Source of the DNA: Eledone cirrhosa
Lineage: Eukaryota
Assembly: GCA_964016885.1 (NCBI GenBank)
Contig: OZ024740.1
Location: 329,964,001 to 330,028,000 of the forward strand
Length of the DNA: 64,000 nt
Direction: 5' to 3'
Positions within the stretch are counted from its first letter, which is position 1. The number at the start of each line of letters is the position of its first letter. The notes below the pieces were generated by a model, which worked only from the letters and a program-made list of their open reading frames with translations, was not told the origin of the DNA and ran no database searches. Positions 13,746 to 25,729 of this stretch are shown here, piece after piece. The translations under genes and the position numbers were made by a program.

Positions 13746-14399
13746 GATGAAATGCAATGGGGATTAACATCTGAACACTTTCAAGAAATTAAAAATCTGC
13801 TAACATTTATCAGAGGAACCATTTAAAATTATGGCCACACATTTATTTTGCTTTCTTTGAAGCTTTATGAGCTATTGAATCTAATCGAAAAAAAAAATGA
13901 TCTCCTGATTTATAGATGCTAAATTTGCTTGCGTATGCATCATAATTTTAAATTCAGCAATATCTAGATGCAAATTCAATCGTTCAGAATAAATTATTTG
14001 CTGCAAACCAGACTAAGTCTCTCGAAATATATTTTACGAATGTTGGGTGACACGAAAAATACTTAATCAAAATTGTAGAGAACATCGCCAATATTTATGT
14101 TGTAATTAATGATAGATTATATCCTATTTACGTCTTTCTGATTACTGACAGTTGAGTGCAAATTATTCAAAAGATAAGTGTTCTAGAGAACTGTAGTAAA
14201 CGTCAATCAATTTCCAAAAGTTCAATGATATGACTGAACGCCGAGCGAAATTTGCTAAGCAAAGGAATAAAAACAAGTAATTTGAACAGTTACACGTAGT
14301 TTGGTACCGAGTTATAATGCGGCAGACTAAGCGGTGTTAACGTATTTATAAGAGATTGGAACCATGAAAGATCAAACAAATTTAAATATATAAATATAT

Positions 14400-14720
14400 A
14401 CACTCACAAACAAGATGGCGTAGGACAGAACAAAGGAGAGGCACAAAAACAAAGAAAATAATCCCCAGTCACTGAAGAGGTCACATAATGTTTGACGAAA
14501 GAACTTTGACAATATATCAACAATCGTCTGGTTGTGGAACCAACCAACCAACTGGAAATTTATAAATTCCTAAATTTATAAATTTAATTTATAATAAATT
14601 GAAGTGAAACCAGGTGGTGCGTGTGTTTCTTATTGGCAACATGACCTTCCCAAAGTATAACAATATCGGTTTCAACACACGTTTTCAGATAAAGCATCTT
14701 GCTAAACAAATTCAGAAACG

Positions 14721-14722
<2 letters not shown>
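14400..14722 (+). mobile_element. PLE family D pLTR/tail fragment with hammerhead and ORF start
   Basis: Homologous to 58550-58780 and to the reverse complement of 56872-57090. Ends with [23 protein letters not shown] running into (TA)n. Confidence 0.7.
14468..14510 (+). ncRNA. Minimal type I hammerhead ribozyme, canonical core
   Basis: GTCA CTGAAGA G-GTCA cataatgtt TGAC GAAA G aa C TT TGAC: stems I and II pair perfectly. Confidence 0.8.
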
Positions 14723-14800
<78 letters not shown>

Positions 14801-14822
14801 TTATATATTTATGTCTACATAT

Positions 14823-14853
<31 letters not shown>

Positions 14854-14933
14854 ATATATAAATAACTATATATATGTATGTGTACATATATGTGTGTGCG
14901 AGGCTTATTGTGTGTTTATAGATATACGTGCTT

Positions 14934-15011
<78 letters not shown>

Positions 15012-15950
15012 GGATTAACAAATAATAGTTAAATGCAGTCCACTTAGGTGAAGTCCAGTTATGGTATTCCAGGTAGTGGATGATATTAACGCTGGGCTTG
15101 GTTTGACTCAACAAGGCGTTTTCATAGTGATGCTGCGGGTATGCTGTAATTCCTATGTTGTAAACACTTGGAGTAATAATAAATCAGGAAAGAAGGTTTA
15201 CATGGTTTGCTATACAAAAAAGTTTTTAATCACATAGCTTACATTTGTTTCACTGAACTGGTATGTCTAGAGATCGCTATCCGCCTAATTTTGCGTCACT
15301 CGATCGCCAATACAGAATTATAACCAGTCAGATCTTCGGAGCATGCGAGAATGAAGAAAATACACAGGCAAGAAAAGAAAAGAAAATATGGAGTAGTTAT
15401 GGCATTCAATTAGAACAATAACAACAACAATTATTACAACAATGCTATCAATAAACTATTTAAGGAGACCCTGACATTACTTAGGTGGGGGGTATATAAT
15501 GTATATAATGTTACGGCGTGAAAACCAGCTGTCATAAGGCAAAAAGTATCGTAGTGTGTATCAATTTTAAATTATAAAGATAAGCTAGTTTTTACAGTCT
15601 TTCTCTTCATCTTCAACAGTATACATGAGTGGGACCACTGTCAAAGCTCAATAGTTGTAGAGTTAATACAGAGGTTAACGAATTAATATACGCATATATC
15701 TACGCACACACACACACACACACACACACAGCTCTTCGCACCTAACTTCTGCATGAACCCAGCCACCTAGCTGCTTTTTACTGTATATTGCACATTGAGC
15801 ACATGCCTTTACGCTTTGGCTTCTAACTAACTCACCAATCTCTCCTCTCATATCTTCTCTACTATCTCCATCTCTCTCTTTAAGATTGGTTACTCTTGAA
15901 CTGTGTATATATATATATATATTTATAGAGAGAGAGATAGAAAGAGAGAT

Positions 15951-16068
<118 letters not shown>

Positions 16069-17299
16069 TGCAAGCTCAATTGTATGTACTTAATTTTATG
16101 TTACTATATAATTGCCACGTAGTTTCAGAATTTACTCCATGTATTTATATATTATATTGCTCTGATTTTTTCGGGAGAAACATTTGGAATGCATGCATAA
16201 ACACACAGCAAGAGGAAGAAGTACATATGTATATGATTTTGAATTCATACATCTTGTTTATACAAATTGTGTGTACATGTGTGAGGAATTATAATAATTT
16301 AAAAGCTAATATTTATATATATATATGTTTAACATTTCCCTATTTTGAATATTATGGATATACTCGGAGCGGACGGGGCATTCTCCGACGCACTGCTAGC
16401 ACAGGCTCGCCACCGAAGTCTGGTTGGGACCCTTAACCACACATTTCCCTATATATTAGTGTGGAACTACCTTACACAATGTAAATCTAATATGAACCCA
16501 ACGCTAGTTAACCGAAATTTAACCTTTCTTTAGTTTCTCCCCCTTCAGTATAATTGTACAACTCCCTCATTAAGATCATTAATATAACTCCTACAATTAA
16601 TTATCTGCTGTACGTCACATCAATGACTGACTCTAGAGTCTCCCGTTTCTATTTTACTGTCGAATTATTTATACACGTATTTTAGTTCATCTATTTCTTT
16701 CTATTACGATAAGTTACGTAACTGATATTATCTTTCGAACTTATGCTGCACAACCAACTAAATATTTATATATTTATATTTTATTGATACAATGATCATT
16801 ATATGTATATATAGAGATTTCAGCTCAGCCCAATATTTCTTTTAGAACAACCAGCTTAACCTCAATTCTATATATTTTCTGTAACTTGATATCTGTTACA
16901 GCCAAATCCAAATTGACTCCAGCATCTTCTATAGAAGGAGTAAGTTTCATAATACAGATACCACCCCGCCAACGAACAAGTTGTTTTCACATATACTAAA
17001 TAAATATTCGCTTATTTATTCAGGGCGGTCAGACTAACCGACTGGACGTAGGCTGCCCATGAATCAAATATCTCCAATTTATTTTTAAATATTTGTCTCC
17101 GAGTACTCAGCTTGTGTTTACCATGATTCCTTTATGACTGTTATGCAATGAATATGATGATGTTGCTGGATTTCTACTAGCTATTGAAATATATTCAGTG
17201 TCTTCAAAAATAAAAAAAAATTGAGGAGTTTCAATTTTCCGGCCTCCTGTCACTTTATTCAATATTATATATATATATATATAAAACATGAGAAGAAAG

Positions 17300-18071
17300 A
17301 CGAAATCTGCATGGTTGCACATGGGTTACATATTATAAAATTAATCCCTCATCAGTGATTTGCCAACCATCATTGCTATTTCATCACATTAAAAATCATA
17401 TACCTCAGGTTGGTGCGAGCAATAACTAAAATAAGCTATTGGGACAAGTGAATCGCGTAAAGCGAGTGAGACAAGTAAACAACAAGAAGGGAAAGCAAAC
17501 CGAAGGTAGGAAAAAAGCAAGCAACATGATGGTTATCCGTTCAGCATAAGTTGGGTGAATTTCATGAGCGGTCAGAAAACAGACCGTTCGACGTGAATGA
17601 GATGTGAGAAAGAAAGAATCCCACTACTAACGAACGGGAGGAAGTGAGAAGGGGAGAAACAGAGAGTGAGTGAGTGGAAGTGCGAGGAAGAGGTCAGTCG
17701 AGAGAAAGTGTAACTGACAGAGGGGGCGAAAGAAGGTGAGAGAATCAGAGAGAACGGGGGAGCAGAAAGAGAGAAACAGACAATCGCAGTCGAGGTAAAT
17801 ATGTATAAAAAACATGGGAAGAAAGAGGAAAACTGCATGGTTGCACATGGGTTACATATTATAAAATTAGTCCCTCATCAGTGATTTGCCAACCATCATT
17901 GGTATTTCATCGCATTAAAAATCATATACCTCAGGTTGGTGCGAGCAATAACTAAAATAAGCTATTGGGACAAGTGAATGGCGTAAAGCGAGTGAGACAA
18001 GTAAACAACAAGAAGGAAAAGCAAACCGAAGGTAGGAAAAAAGCAAGCAACATAATGGTTATCCGATCAGC

Positions 18072-18072
<1 letters not shown>
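17300..18072. repeat. About 245-bp direct repeats (about 17300-17548 and 17830-18072) flanking a purine-rich spacer, between (TA)n tracts
   Basis: CTGCATGGTTGCACATGGGTTAC...GGTTATCCG(T/A)TCAGCATA occurs twice at high identity. Confidence 0.9.
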
Positions 18073-18102
<30 letters not shown>

Positions 18103-20527
18103 GTCGATTGGCTTAATTTCAGAATTGCAAGTTCAAAGTCGCTACACTGATTCTCACTCCTCCTAGAACTGAACTACCTAATTTCCTATTCTTGATGATG
18201 TGATGATGGCATGTTATCGTACATGTTTCTGTTAGTCAGTGTCAACAGGATTGCTGTAGAAACTATCATCGTATTTCGAATCTGTGGGGCTAGATTTATG
18301 GCAGTAGTCACAGGTTTCAATATGGTTATGCGGTTCTTTCTTTCACATTTCTTTTTTCATTTCCTTGTTGTTTTATCTTGCATTTTGTGTCAGCTCTAAG
18401 ATTGGCATTATCATTTTAATTACTTCTAAATCATGTACAGCGCGGATTCTGCATCAGAATAACCGATTTAATCGAAACCCTGCATAACACGTTTATTCTA
18501 TCGAAATTGGACGGATAAATCGCAAAGGCAATAACATGAAGATAGAAATAGCATAATATTGCGCATGATTCTCCACAAATACCATCCAAATCCGTCATGA
18601 ATTGCATTTGGTAATCAGTAATGTTTCATTTTACACATTATATTATTTTCTTTAAAGATTCTTTCATGTCAAATAGCGGAAACAATCACAGACTTACTGT
18701 ACATACATAGAGGTACACATTATAATACATAAATACATATATGTATAAAAATATGCCTATATAAGTTTGAATGTGTGCTTCCACGATTATATTGTGGCAG
18801 CTACGTATATATAGCTTGTGCATTGTTCCTTAACAGGCATTGTATTTTTTGATATTGTGAAACGGAGTTTTCTAATGTGGAAGATATGTTTTTCATTTTA
18901 TGAATTGTTGATTTCATTATATTTCGGTGAATATTGCCACGATAATTTCTAGATGGGATTAGATATGTATACTTTCACTGGGTGTTCACACCCTTAACAT
19001 TGAGATGACGTTTTAAATGGTTTTCAATCGTCATCAATTAATCTCATTGATTAGATATTGAGATTTACTCATAGACGAAGTACTGGTCTTGCTATAATTG
19101 CATAAACTTGTGATATTGTCTTCCTGGTATTGCCAACACATGATTGAAACAAGCAAATGTTGTACGAAGATGTAACCTTAAACACAATCGAAAATTAAAT
19201 AATCTCAATTATGAATAAATTAATGTTGACCCAACAACCTACACTCATACTATTACTAGAATAGTCAAATTATTCTGCATATTTGTGAACTGCTTTATAC
19301 ATTATTACGACGATGCACTAAATCAGCTTCATCTACATAGCAATTTGAGTACATTCGCCTTTCCAAATAAAAAGCATTATTTTTAGTTAAAAGCAAACTT
19401 TACCATGCTTGTTATTATGGGAATAGAGTGAGGAGTAGCTTGGGTTGATAAAGGTACGTTTCCCACTAACAAGTGATTTTTTCAACAATCAGGCTCATCA
19501 AAAACAGAGCTTCATAACGCAGATATACGAAAGATATTTCAGTTATAAGCATCTAGTCATTTGGCTATAACTAGGATGTATTTTCTAAAGTGTCGTTCGT
19601 ATTTTAAAATGGAGTGTATAATTTAAAGATAATGTCTGTTGTTATTTGCAAGTAAACAACTTGAGGTAATCAATGTTATACGTAGCAACGGAAAAGAACC
19701 GGCACTGTTGTTGTCGATTCAGATATATTATATTGATATTTGCACATGAGAGTCAGAGATAATGTTGTATCAGATAATGGTGTCATGGTGTATTTGACTA
19801 TAGTGTCTGATGCAGTCATTTAAATGAAAACCTTTAGTATAAGATGCAAGCCGAACGGAGAAATGTTGGTGGGGTGATTTTTATTTTCTTAAAGGTGTTC
19901 TTACTGTGGACAGCTTCGAAATCTAAAAGCAGTTTGTATATGATAATATAGCATTGCTAATAGTTACCCCATTCGAAATGAGGTGTCGATAGTTCAGGTA
20001 GAATTATGTTATGGTATTCTATATGCCTAGTCTGAAAACAATTTTCCTTTAATTAAATCCGGTTTGAGCGAAGCCATTCAGCATGTAATATCATATTTAA
20101 GTTGTTTTATAGAAAACACTCAATAGTTTTATTTTGAATAGTATTCACAAGTTTATCTCTACTGCCTACTGTTTTCAGTTGGTGACCCTATGGATATTAT
20201 GATAATATCCATTGAAATAATACACAGAGCTCTCAGAGATAGATATCATATCATGGTTTTGCTCCAGATCGGATCATGGCCGTCAGCATTGGCTTGTCTT
20301 GGAAAATGAATCTAATCGTCGACTGTGTGTCATTGTTGGTCTGACGCACTATATACACATGGTAAATATTGTTATACGTGCATCTATCTTTACTTCAAAA
20401 TGATAACATTTAATCTAACAAAAAAAACAATATAAACAACCTAATAAAGTCTGGAATTCAGGAATCAAGATTTCATCACAGGACACATAACACCCTTATC
20501 ATATGAATAGGGTAAACATTAAGGTGT

Positions 20528-20611
<84 letters not shown>

Positions 20612-20613
<2 letters not shown>

Positions 20614-20770
20614 CCAACAGACCAGTGTCTGTCCTTAGGGCATCAACATACGTTAACCTTGGCGTTCCTCTTCTAGTGTGTCCAAAGGACATGGCAGCGA
20701 TAATGAGGGACAGAGACCGCTGGAGAGAACTCGTCCATGGATCTCGGGAATTTTACCCGCCTTAGATAGA
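20612..20770 (+). mobile_element. RTE/RTE-X-like LINE 3' end with a short inverted 5' piece
   Basis: Encodes [25 protein letters not shown]. Bases 20615-20645 are an inverted segment of upstream element sequence (compare 22321-22350). Confidence 0.7.
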
Positions 20771-20972
20771 TATGTATATATATATATACAATAAATAAAT
20801 ACATTATCGGAGAAAGCTTTTTAGCGATACTCCGGCCAAATTCCAACTCACTCAACAAACCTTAGGAAATAAGTCAGTATATTCCTAATTAAGCGTTCGG
20901 GGTGCTAACTAAATGAATTGCGTGGAAAATTGGCTGTATTATTTCATATGAGACATATCGAATATATCTCTT

Positions 20973-21099
20973 CCCAGACTGACGTCTCGTTTCATTATAG
21001 GTTTCCTACAATTTGGGTGAAATTATACCAATTTATGTAGGAGCTTGTATACAATCAATAGATATATATTCAAGTGGGCTCCTATAATTCATCAGTGGG
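20973..21099 (-). ncRNA. Type I hammerhead ribozyme with a long stem II insertion
   Basis: rc: CCCA CTGATGA ATTATAGG (about 80 nt) CCTATAAT GAAA CGAGACGTCAG TC TGGG, with a GUC cleavage triplet. Confidence 0.75.
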
Positions 21100-21129
21100 T
21101 GCCCCAATATAGGTATATATATATATATT

Positions 21130-21275
21130 TGATGATGGCTGCCCCCTCGTTATCGAACATTGCACGAGAAAAAAAATATAAATAAAAAGAATATATATAT
21201 ATATACATATATATATATACACACACATACATACATATATACATACATATATACATACACACACATATTAATAAC

Positions 21276-21307
<32 letters not shown>

Positions 21308-21386
21308 CAATAACAATAATAACAACAACAACAATAATAATATACATATACATATATATATATACACACACACGCACACACATAAA

Positions 21387-21417
<31 letters not shown>

Positions 21418-22046
21418 GATAGCAACTAACAGCGCTGCGATCGAATGTGGCTTTTTAGCCCAGCCAATGATCTAAAATGACTTGCACCGAGTCGGCAACC
21501 AAAACATTCACTGAGAATAGCCGGCTGTGGTTGGAGTTCATGTACTTTTGCATGTCGCTTCAGCCCTCCTGTTGATTTACATTCTCTACCACATGCTTGG
21601 CAAGCATGATGAGTAGCATCTCCAACAGCAGCCTGGTAGTCAACCACTGGTCTCTGTCTATGACTGCGAAGATGACTTTCGAGTCCAGCTTTGCCTAGGC
21701 AGAGTCTCGCACAGACGCTGCATGTCAGCACCATAGGAGGACCCTCGACGTCTGGAAGTGCAACAGCAATGCCCTTCCTCACATCCCGCTTTTCTTTCTC
21801 GTATGTGATTCGAGATGCCTCAAAGGCAACTTTTCCCTCATATACAGTCTTTCTCCATTTATTACGATCAGCAGCAATATTTTCCCATGTATCAGCAGAG
21901 ATGTTAGCGTCTTTCAGAGAGGCTTTCAAGGAATCCTTATACCTCTTTTTTGGTTTACGTGGCGGTCGTTTTCCTTTAACTAACTCTCCATAAAAGAGTT
22001 GTTTTGGTATTGTAGAATCCTTCATCCTGCAAGGTGACCACTCCAA
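21130..22046 (-). mobile_element. RTE (BovB-like) LINE 3' fragment; ORF C-terminus with C2H2 zinc fingers
   Basis: ORF 21426-22046 reads [39 protein letters not shown]...WENIAADRNKWR. The 3' terminus CGATAACGAGGGGCAGCCATCATCAA near 21130-21160 is separated from it by microsatellites. Confidence 0.85.
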
Positions 22047-22138
22047 CGGAGTTGTTGCTTAAGCACAAGAGCTTCTATACTGTCAAACGTATATATATAC
22101 ATATATATATACATACACATATATATATATATATATAT

Positions 22139-22227
<89 letters not shown>

Positions 22228-22228
<1 letters not shown>

Positions 22229-22350
22229 CTATCTAAGGCGGGTAAAGTTCCCGAGATCCATGGACGAGTTCTCTCCAGCGGTCTCTGTCCCTCATTATCG
22301 CTGCCATGTCCTGTATCTCTAACAGACCAATGTCTGTCCTTACGGCATCA
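22228..22350 (-). mobile_element. RTE/RTE-X-like LINE 3' end (same family as 20612)
   Basis: rc encodes [38 protein letters not shown]. Confidence 0.75.
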
Positions 22351-22352
22351 TA

Positions 22353-25300
22353 AGAGGGCTCGATAAGGAAAATATATATCAAATATATAAGAACCGTAGA
22401 GCAAATATTTATTAAAATAACAGATTAAAGTTTAAGCAAAGAATCGCTGCTTTCACACATAACGGAATCTTCTGAAATTAACAAAGTCAATCTGTAAACG
22501 CAGAACTGGATATTTCAAAAAACGTTGCAACCGGAGGAAGACAGGAAGACGATACTTTGGTTCGTGGAAACGTTCGCTGGCAAAGAACGGGAAAAAACGA
22601 ATAATACGTCATTAATAGGAGCAGTGAAAAACAATTATGCGCAAAGACAGAACCACGTTTATGGTATAAAAGAGCTCGTAGACTAATGTTCTCTTAGGTG
22701 GTGCATAGAGATGTTCTCTGGCATTGAACGAGAAAACGAAGATAATAAGTTATATGTGGAGCGTGGAGAACAATAGCCCGCAAAGAGAAAACCACGTAAA
22801 TGCTATAGCAGAAGTTGTAGACTAAAATTCTAACTAGGAGACCAAATGAATCTCCGCTACAGAGTTAAGAACAAAGTAAATAAATACAATACAGAAGTAA
22901 TAGAAACAAATAAATACATACACGCAAACAGATACGTACATACACAAGCATACGCAAAACCTTACCATAGGTATACAAAACCACGCACATATAAATATGT
23001 GTGTGTGTGTGTGTGCTTGTGTACAAATAAATAAATAATTATGTAAACGTATATAAGTAAATAAATACGTATATAACAAGCGCACACACATACCTACAAA
23101 TAAATACACGAATGTTCGGAGACGTAATTCAACTAAAACAAGAAGTACACATATACACACACCGACCATACGTACGAACCTGCATACTCACGCAGACGCA
23201 AAACTCCCATATACACATAGACAAACCCTAAATACCAGAATATGTAAAGAGTATACGCCATAACAGTCAAATATACGTACGAGAAGGTATACATACCTTC
23301 ACAAAACATACGGATAATATATACTTACCTATGCAAATAAGTAAAGGAATAAACAAACATATACTTAGCTCCCACATCAAGATGTAAAATATCCACGTAT
23401 AGATCGTGCTATCCGTTAGGGTATAACGTGGGGCTGTAATACAGGAAAGTTTTGTGCAATTTATGTTTAAAAGCCGAAATTGCCTCAGATTTTTTGTTTA
23501 AGATGTGTTCTGTGGCGTAGAGTATTTCCAGGGCCTCAGCGGCGCAAAGGTCACATGGTCTTTTATTTCCATTATACGATCTAGCCCTAGCTAGGATCTC
23601 CCAGTGTAACTTATATTGGGTGTGGTTGTCTTTTAGACTCCAGATATAAGCTGAAAGTGACGTCATATTCCTTCTTAGAGGGTAACGAAAAGAATGGGTA
23701 TGCATGTAAAGACGCTGCTTGAAACTATTGGCGGTTAACCCTATGTAGGCCCTACGGGACGTGGGTGTTACAACCTTACATTTGTAGACAAAGTTACTAG
23801 AGAGTCATTTCCCGGATAGGGGGCAATCAACCCGATTCCTACAATTACAGTTAGTACTAACTACAGGGTTGCACGTGTTCCTACGGCTAGGTAGGTTAGC
23901 TAAATTTGAAGCTGTGATGTTATGTGCAAGGTTAGGAGTCGTAGAGTAAGAAATTTTAATAGTATTTCTATTAAAAATGTTACTATATTTATGTGTACGG
24001 GGAAAATGCTTCGTAATAAGGGAAAGAAAGATCTTGACTAATGGTGTGGCCACCTCCATATTATATGGTGGGTTAAACCAACAAATGCGACGGGATCTAT
24101 TTCTTCTAGGTCTATTTTCGTACTCTGTATATGCTACCTTATCGACAAATCCACTTCGAGCAAGAGGTTCATTGTAATAAGTGGAATGGTCGTTGAAAAT
24201 ACGCTCGTTGGTGGAAAGACGGGAAAGCCTCAACGAAACGTTTCTTACCAGGTTCTTGGTTATGCTGGCAGGATGGTTGGAATGCTTACTTATGTAATTA
24301 AGCGTATCATTCGGCTTTCTATACGGGTAATACAACCCATTCAATAAATTGAGGGTAACGTCGAGGTAATTAACGACCGAGAGATTGGCCTCAACCTGTA
24401 TAGAGAGGTTGAAGCCTTTAAAGAAGGCTGTGAGTTCTTTTCTGAACCTGTCGCAAGCACGAGGTCCGCACTTAGTCATGGTCAAAAGACCATCGTCACG
24501 GTACAAACCACGTACACATAAATATAGTAACATTCTTGGGGAATTCGTCCTTGATAGAGAAAAGAAGGAAAAGGCCAATAAGATCAGTAACCTCCGTCTT
24601 GATGTGGGAGCTAAGTATATGTTTTGTTTATTCCTTTACTTATTTGCATAGGTAAGTATATATTACCCGTATGTTTTGTGAAGGTATGTATACCTTCTAG
24701 TACAAGTATTTGACTGTTATGGCGTATAGTTTTTACATATTCTGGTATTTAAGGTTTGGCTATGTGTATACGGGAGTTTTGCATCTGCGTGAGTATGCAG
24801 GTTCGTACGTATGGTGGGTGTGTGTATATGTGTACTTCTTGTTATAGTTGACTTACGTCTCCGAACATTCGTGTATTTATTTGTAGATATGTGTGTGCGC
24901 TTGTTATATACGTATTTATTTACATATATAAGTTTATATAATTATTTATTTATTTGTACACAAGCACACACACGCACACACATATTTATATGTGCGTGGT
25001 TTTGTATACCTATGGTAAGGTTTTGCGTATGCTTGTGTATGTACGTATCTGTTTGCGTGTATGTATTTATTTGTTTCTATTTCTTCTGTATTGTATTTAT
25101 TTACTTTGTTATTAACTCTGTAGCGGAGATTCATTCGGTCTCCTAGTTAGTATTTTAGTCTACGACTTCTGCTATATCATTTACGTGGTTTTGTCTTTGT
25201 GGTGCTATTGTTCTCCACGGTCCATTTATGACGTATTATCTTCGTTTGTTCGTTCATTGCCAGAGAACGTCTCTATGAACCACCTAAGAGAACATTAGTC

Positions 25301-25573
25301 TACGACCTCTTTTATACCATAAACGTGGTTCTGTCTTTGCGCGTAATTGTTTTTCACCGCTCCTATTGATGATGTATTATTCGTTTTTTCCCGTTCTTTG
25401 CCAGCGAACGTTTCCACGAACCAAAATATCGTCTTCCTGTCTTCCTCCGGTGGCAACGTTTTTTGAAATATCCAGTTCTGCGTTTATAGATTGACTTTGT
25501 TAGTTTCAGAAGATCCCGTTAAGGGTGAAAGCAGCGATTCTTTGCTTAAACTTGAATCTGTTATTTTAATAAA
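22353..25573 (-). mobile_element. PLE family A copy 2 with an inverted pLTR at its 5' end
   Basis: ORF remnants 23409-24597 (GLYRDDGL, WFNPPY, CNCRNRVDCPL). Bases 24597-25573 are an inverted copy of the 3' UTR. HHRs at 22429-22479 (-) and 25502-25552 (+). Confidence 0.93.
25502..25552 (+). ncRNA. Hammerhead variant (CAGAAGA core), family A
   Basis: AGTTT CAGAAGA TCCC gttaa GGGT GAAA GCA gcgattctt TGC TT AAACT: all three stems pair. Confidence 0.75.
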
Positions 25574-25680
25574 TATATATATATATATATATAGTACGTT
25601 ATTCCGGGTTGAATCGGAGGTAACCACAGTAAGTAAGGTACTCAATACATTGCAGAGTATATAAGTTTTAATATAGATGA

Positions 25681-25729
25681 GATTCTACAGGACTAGAACT
25701 GTTTCATTCTTTAGAAATCATCAGGAATC
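25681..25729 (-). ncRNA. Type I hammerhead ribozyme, canonical core, in a small fold-back
   Basis: rc: GATTC CTGATGA TTTC taaa GAAT GAAA CAG ttctagtc CTG TA GAATC. A degenerate mirror copy on + starts at 25731. Confidence 0.78.

Noticed and set aside
13248-13757. 169-aa Gly/Asp-rich ORF and overlapping Pro/Ser-rich ORF
   Set aside because: Both strands are open only because of CCA/CAT trinucleotide repeats. There is no domain or splice evidence.
17320-17360. CTGATGA GGG...CCC on the minus strand as a hammerhead
   Set aside because: There is no GAAA after the putative stem II and no closing stem I.
20670-22315. Terminal inverted repeats of a DNA transposon enclosing the zinc-finger ORF
   Set aside because: The inverted copies are 3' ends of an RTE-like LINE (they encode M.DRDRWR) inserted in opposite orientations.
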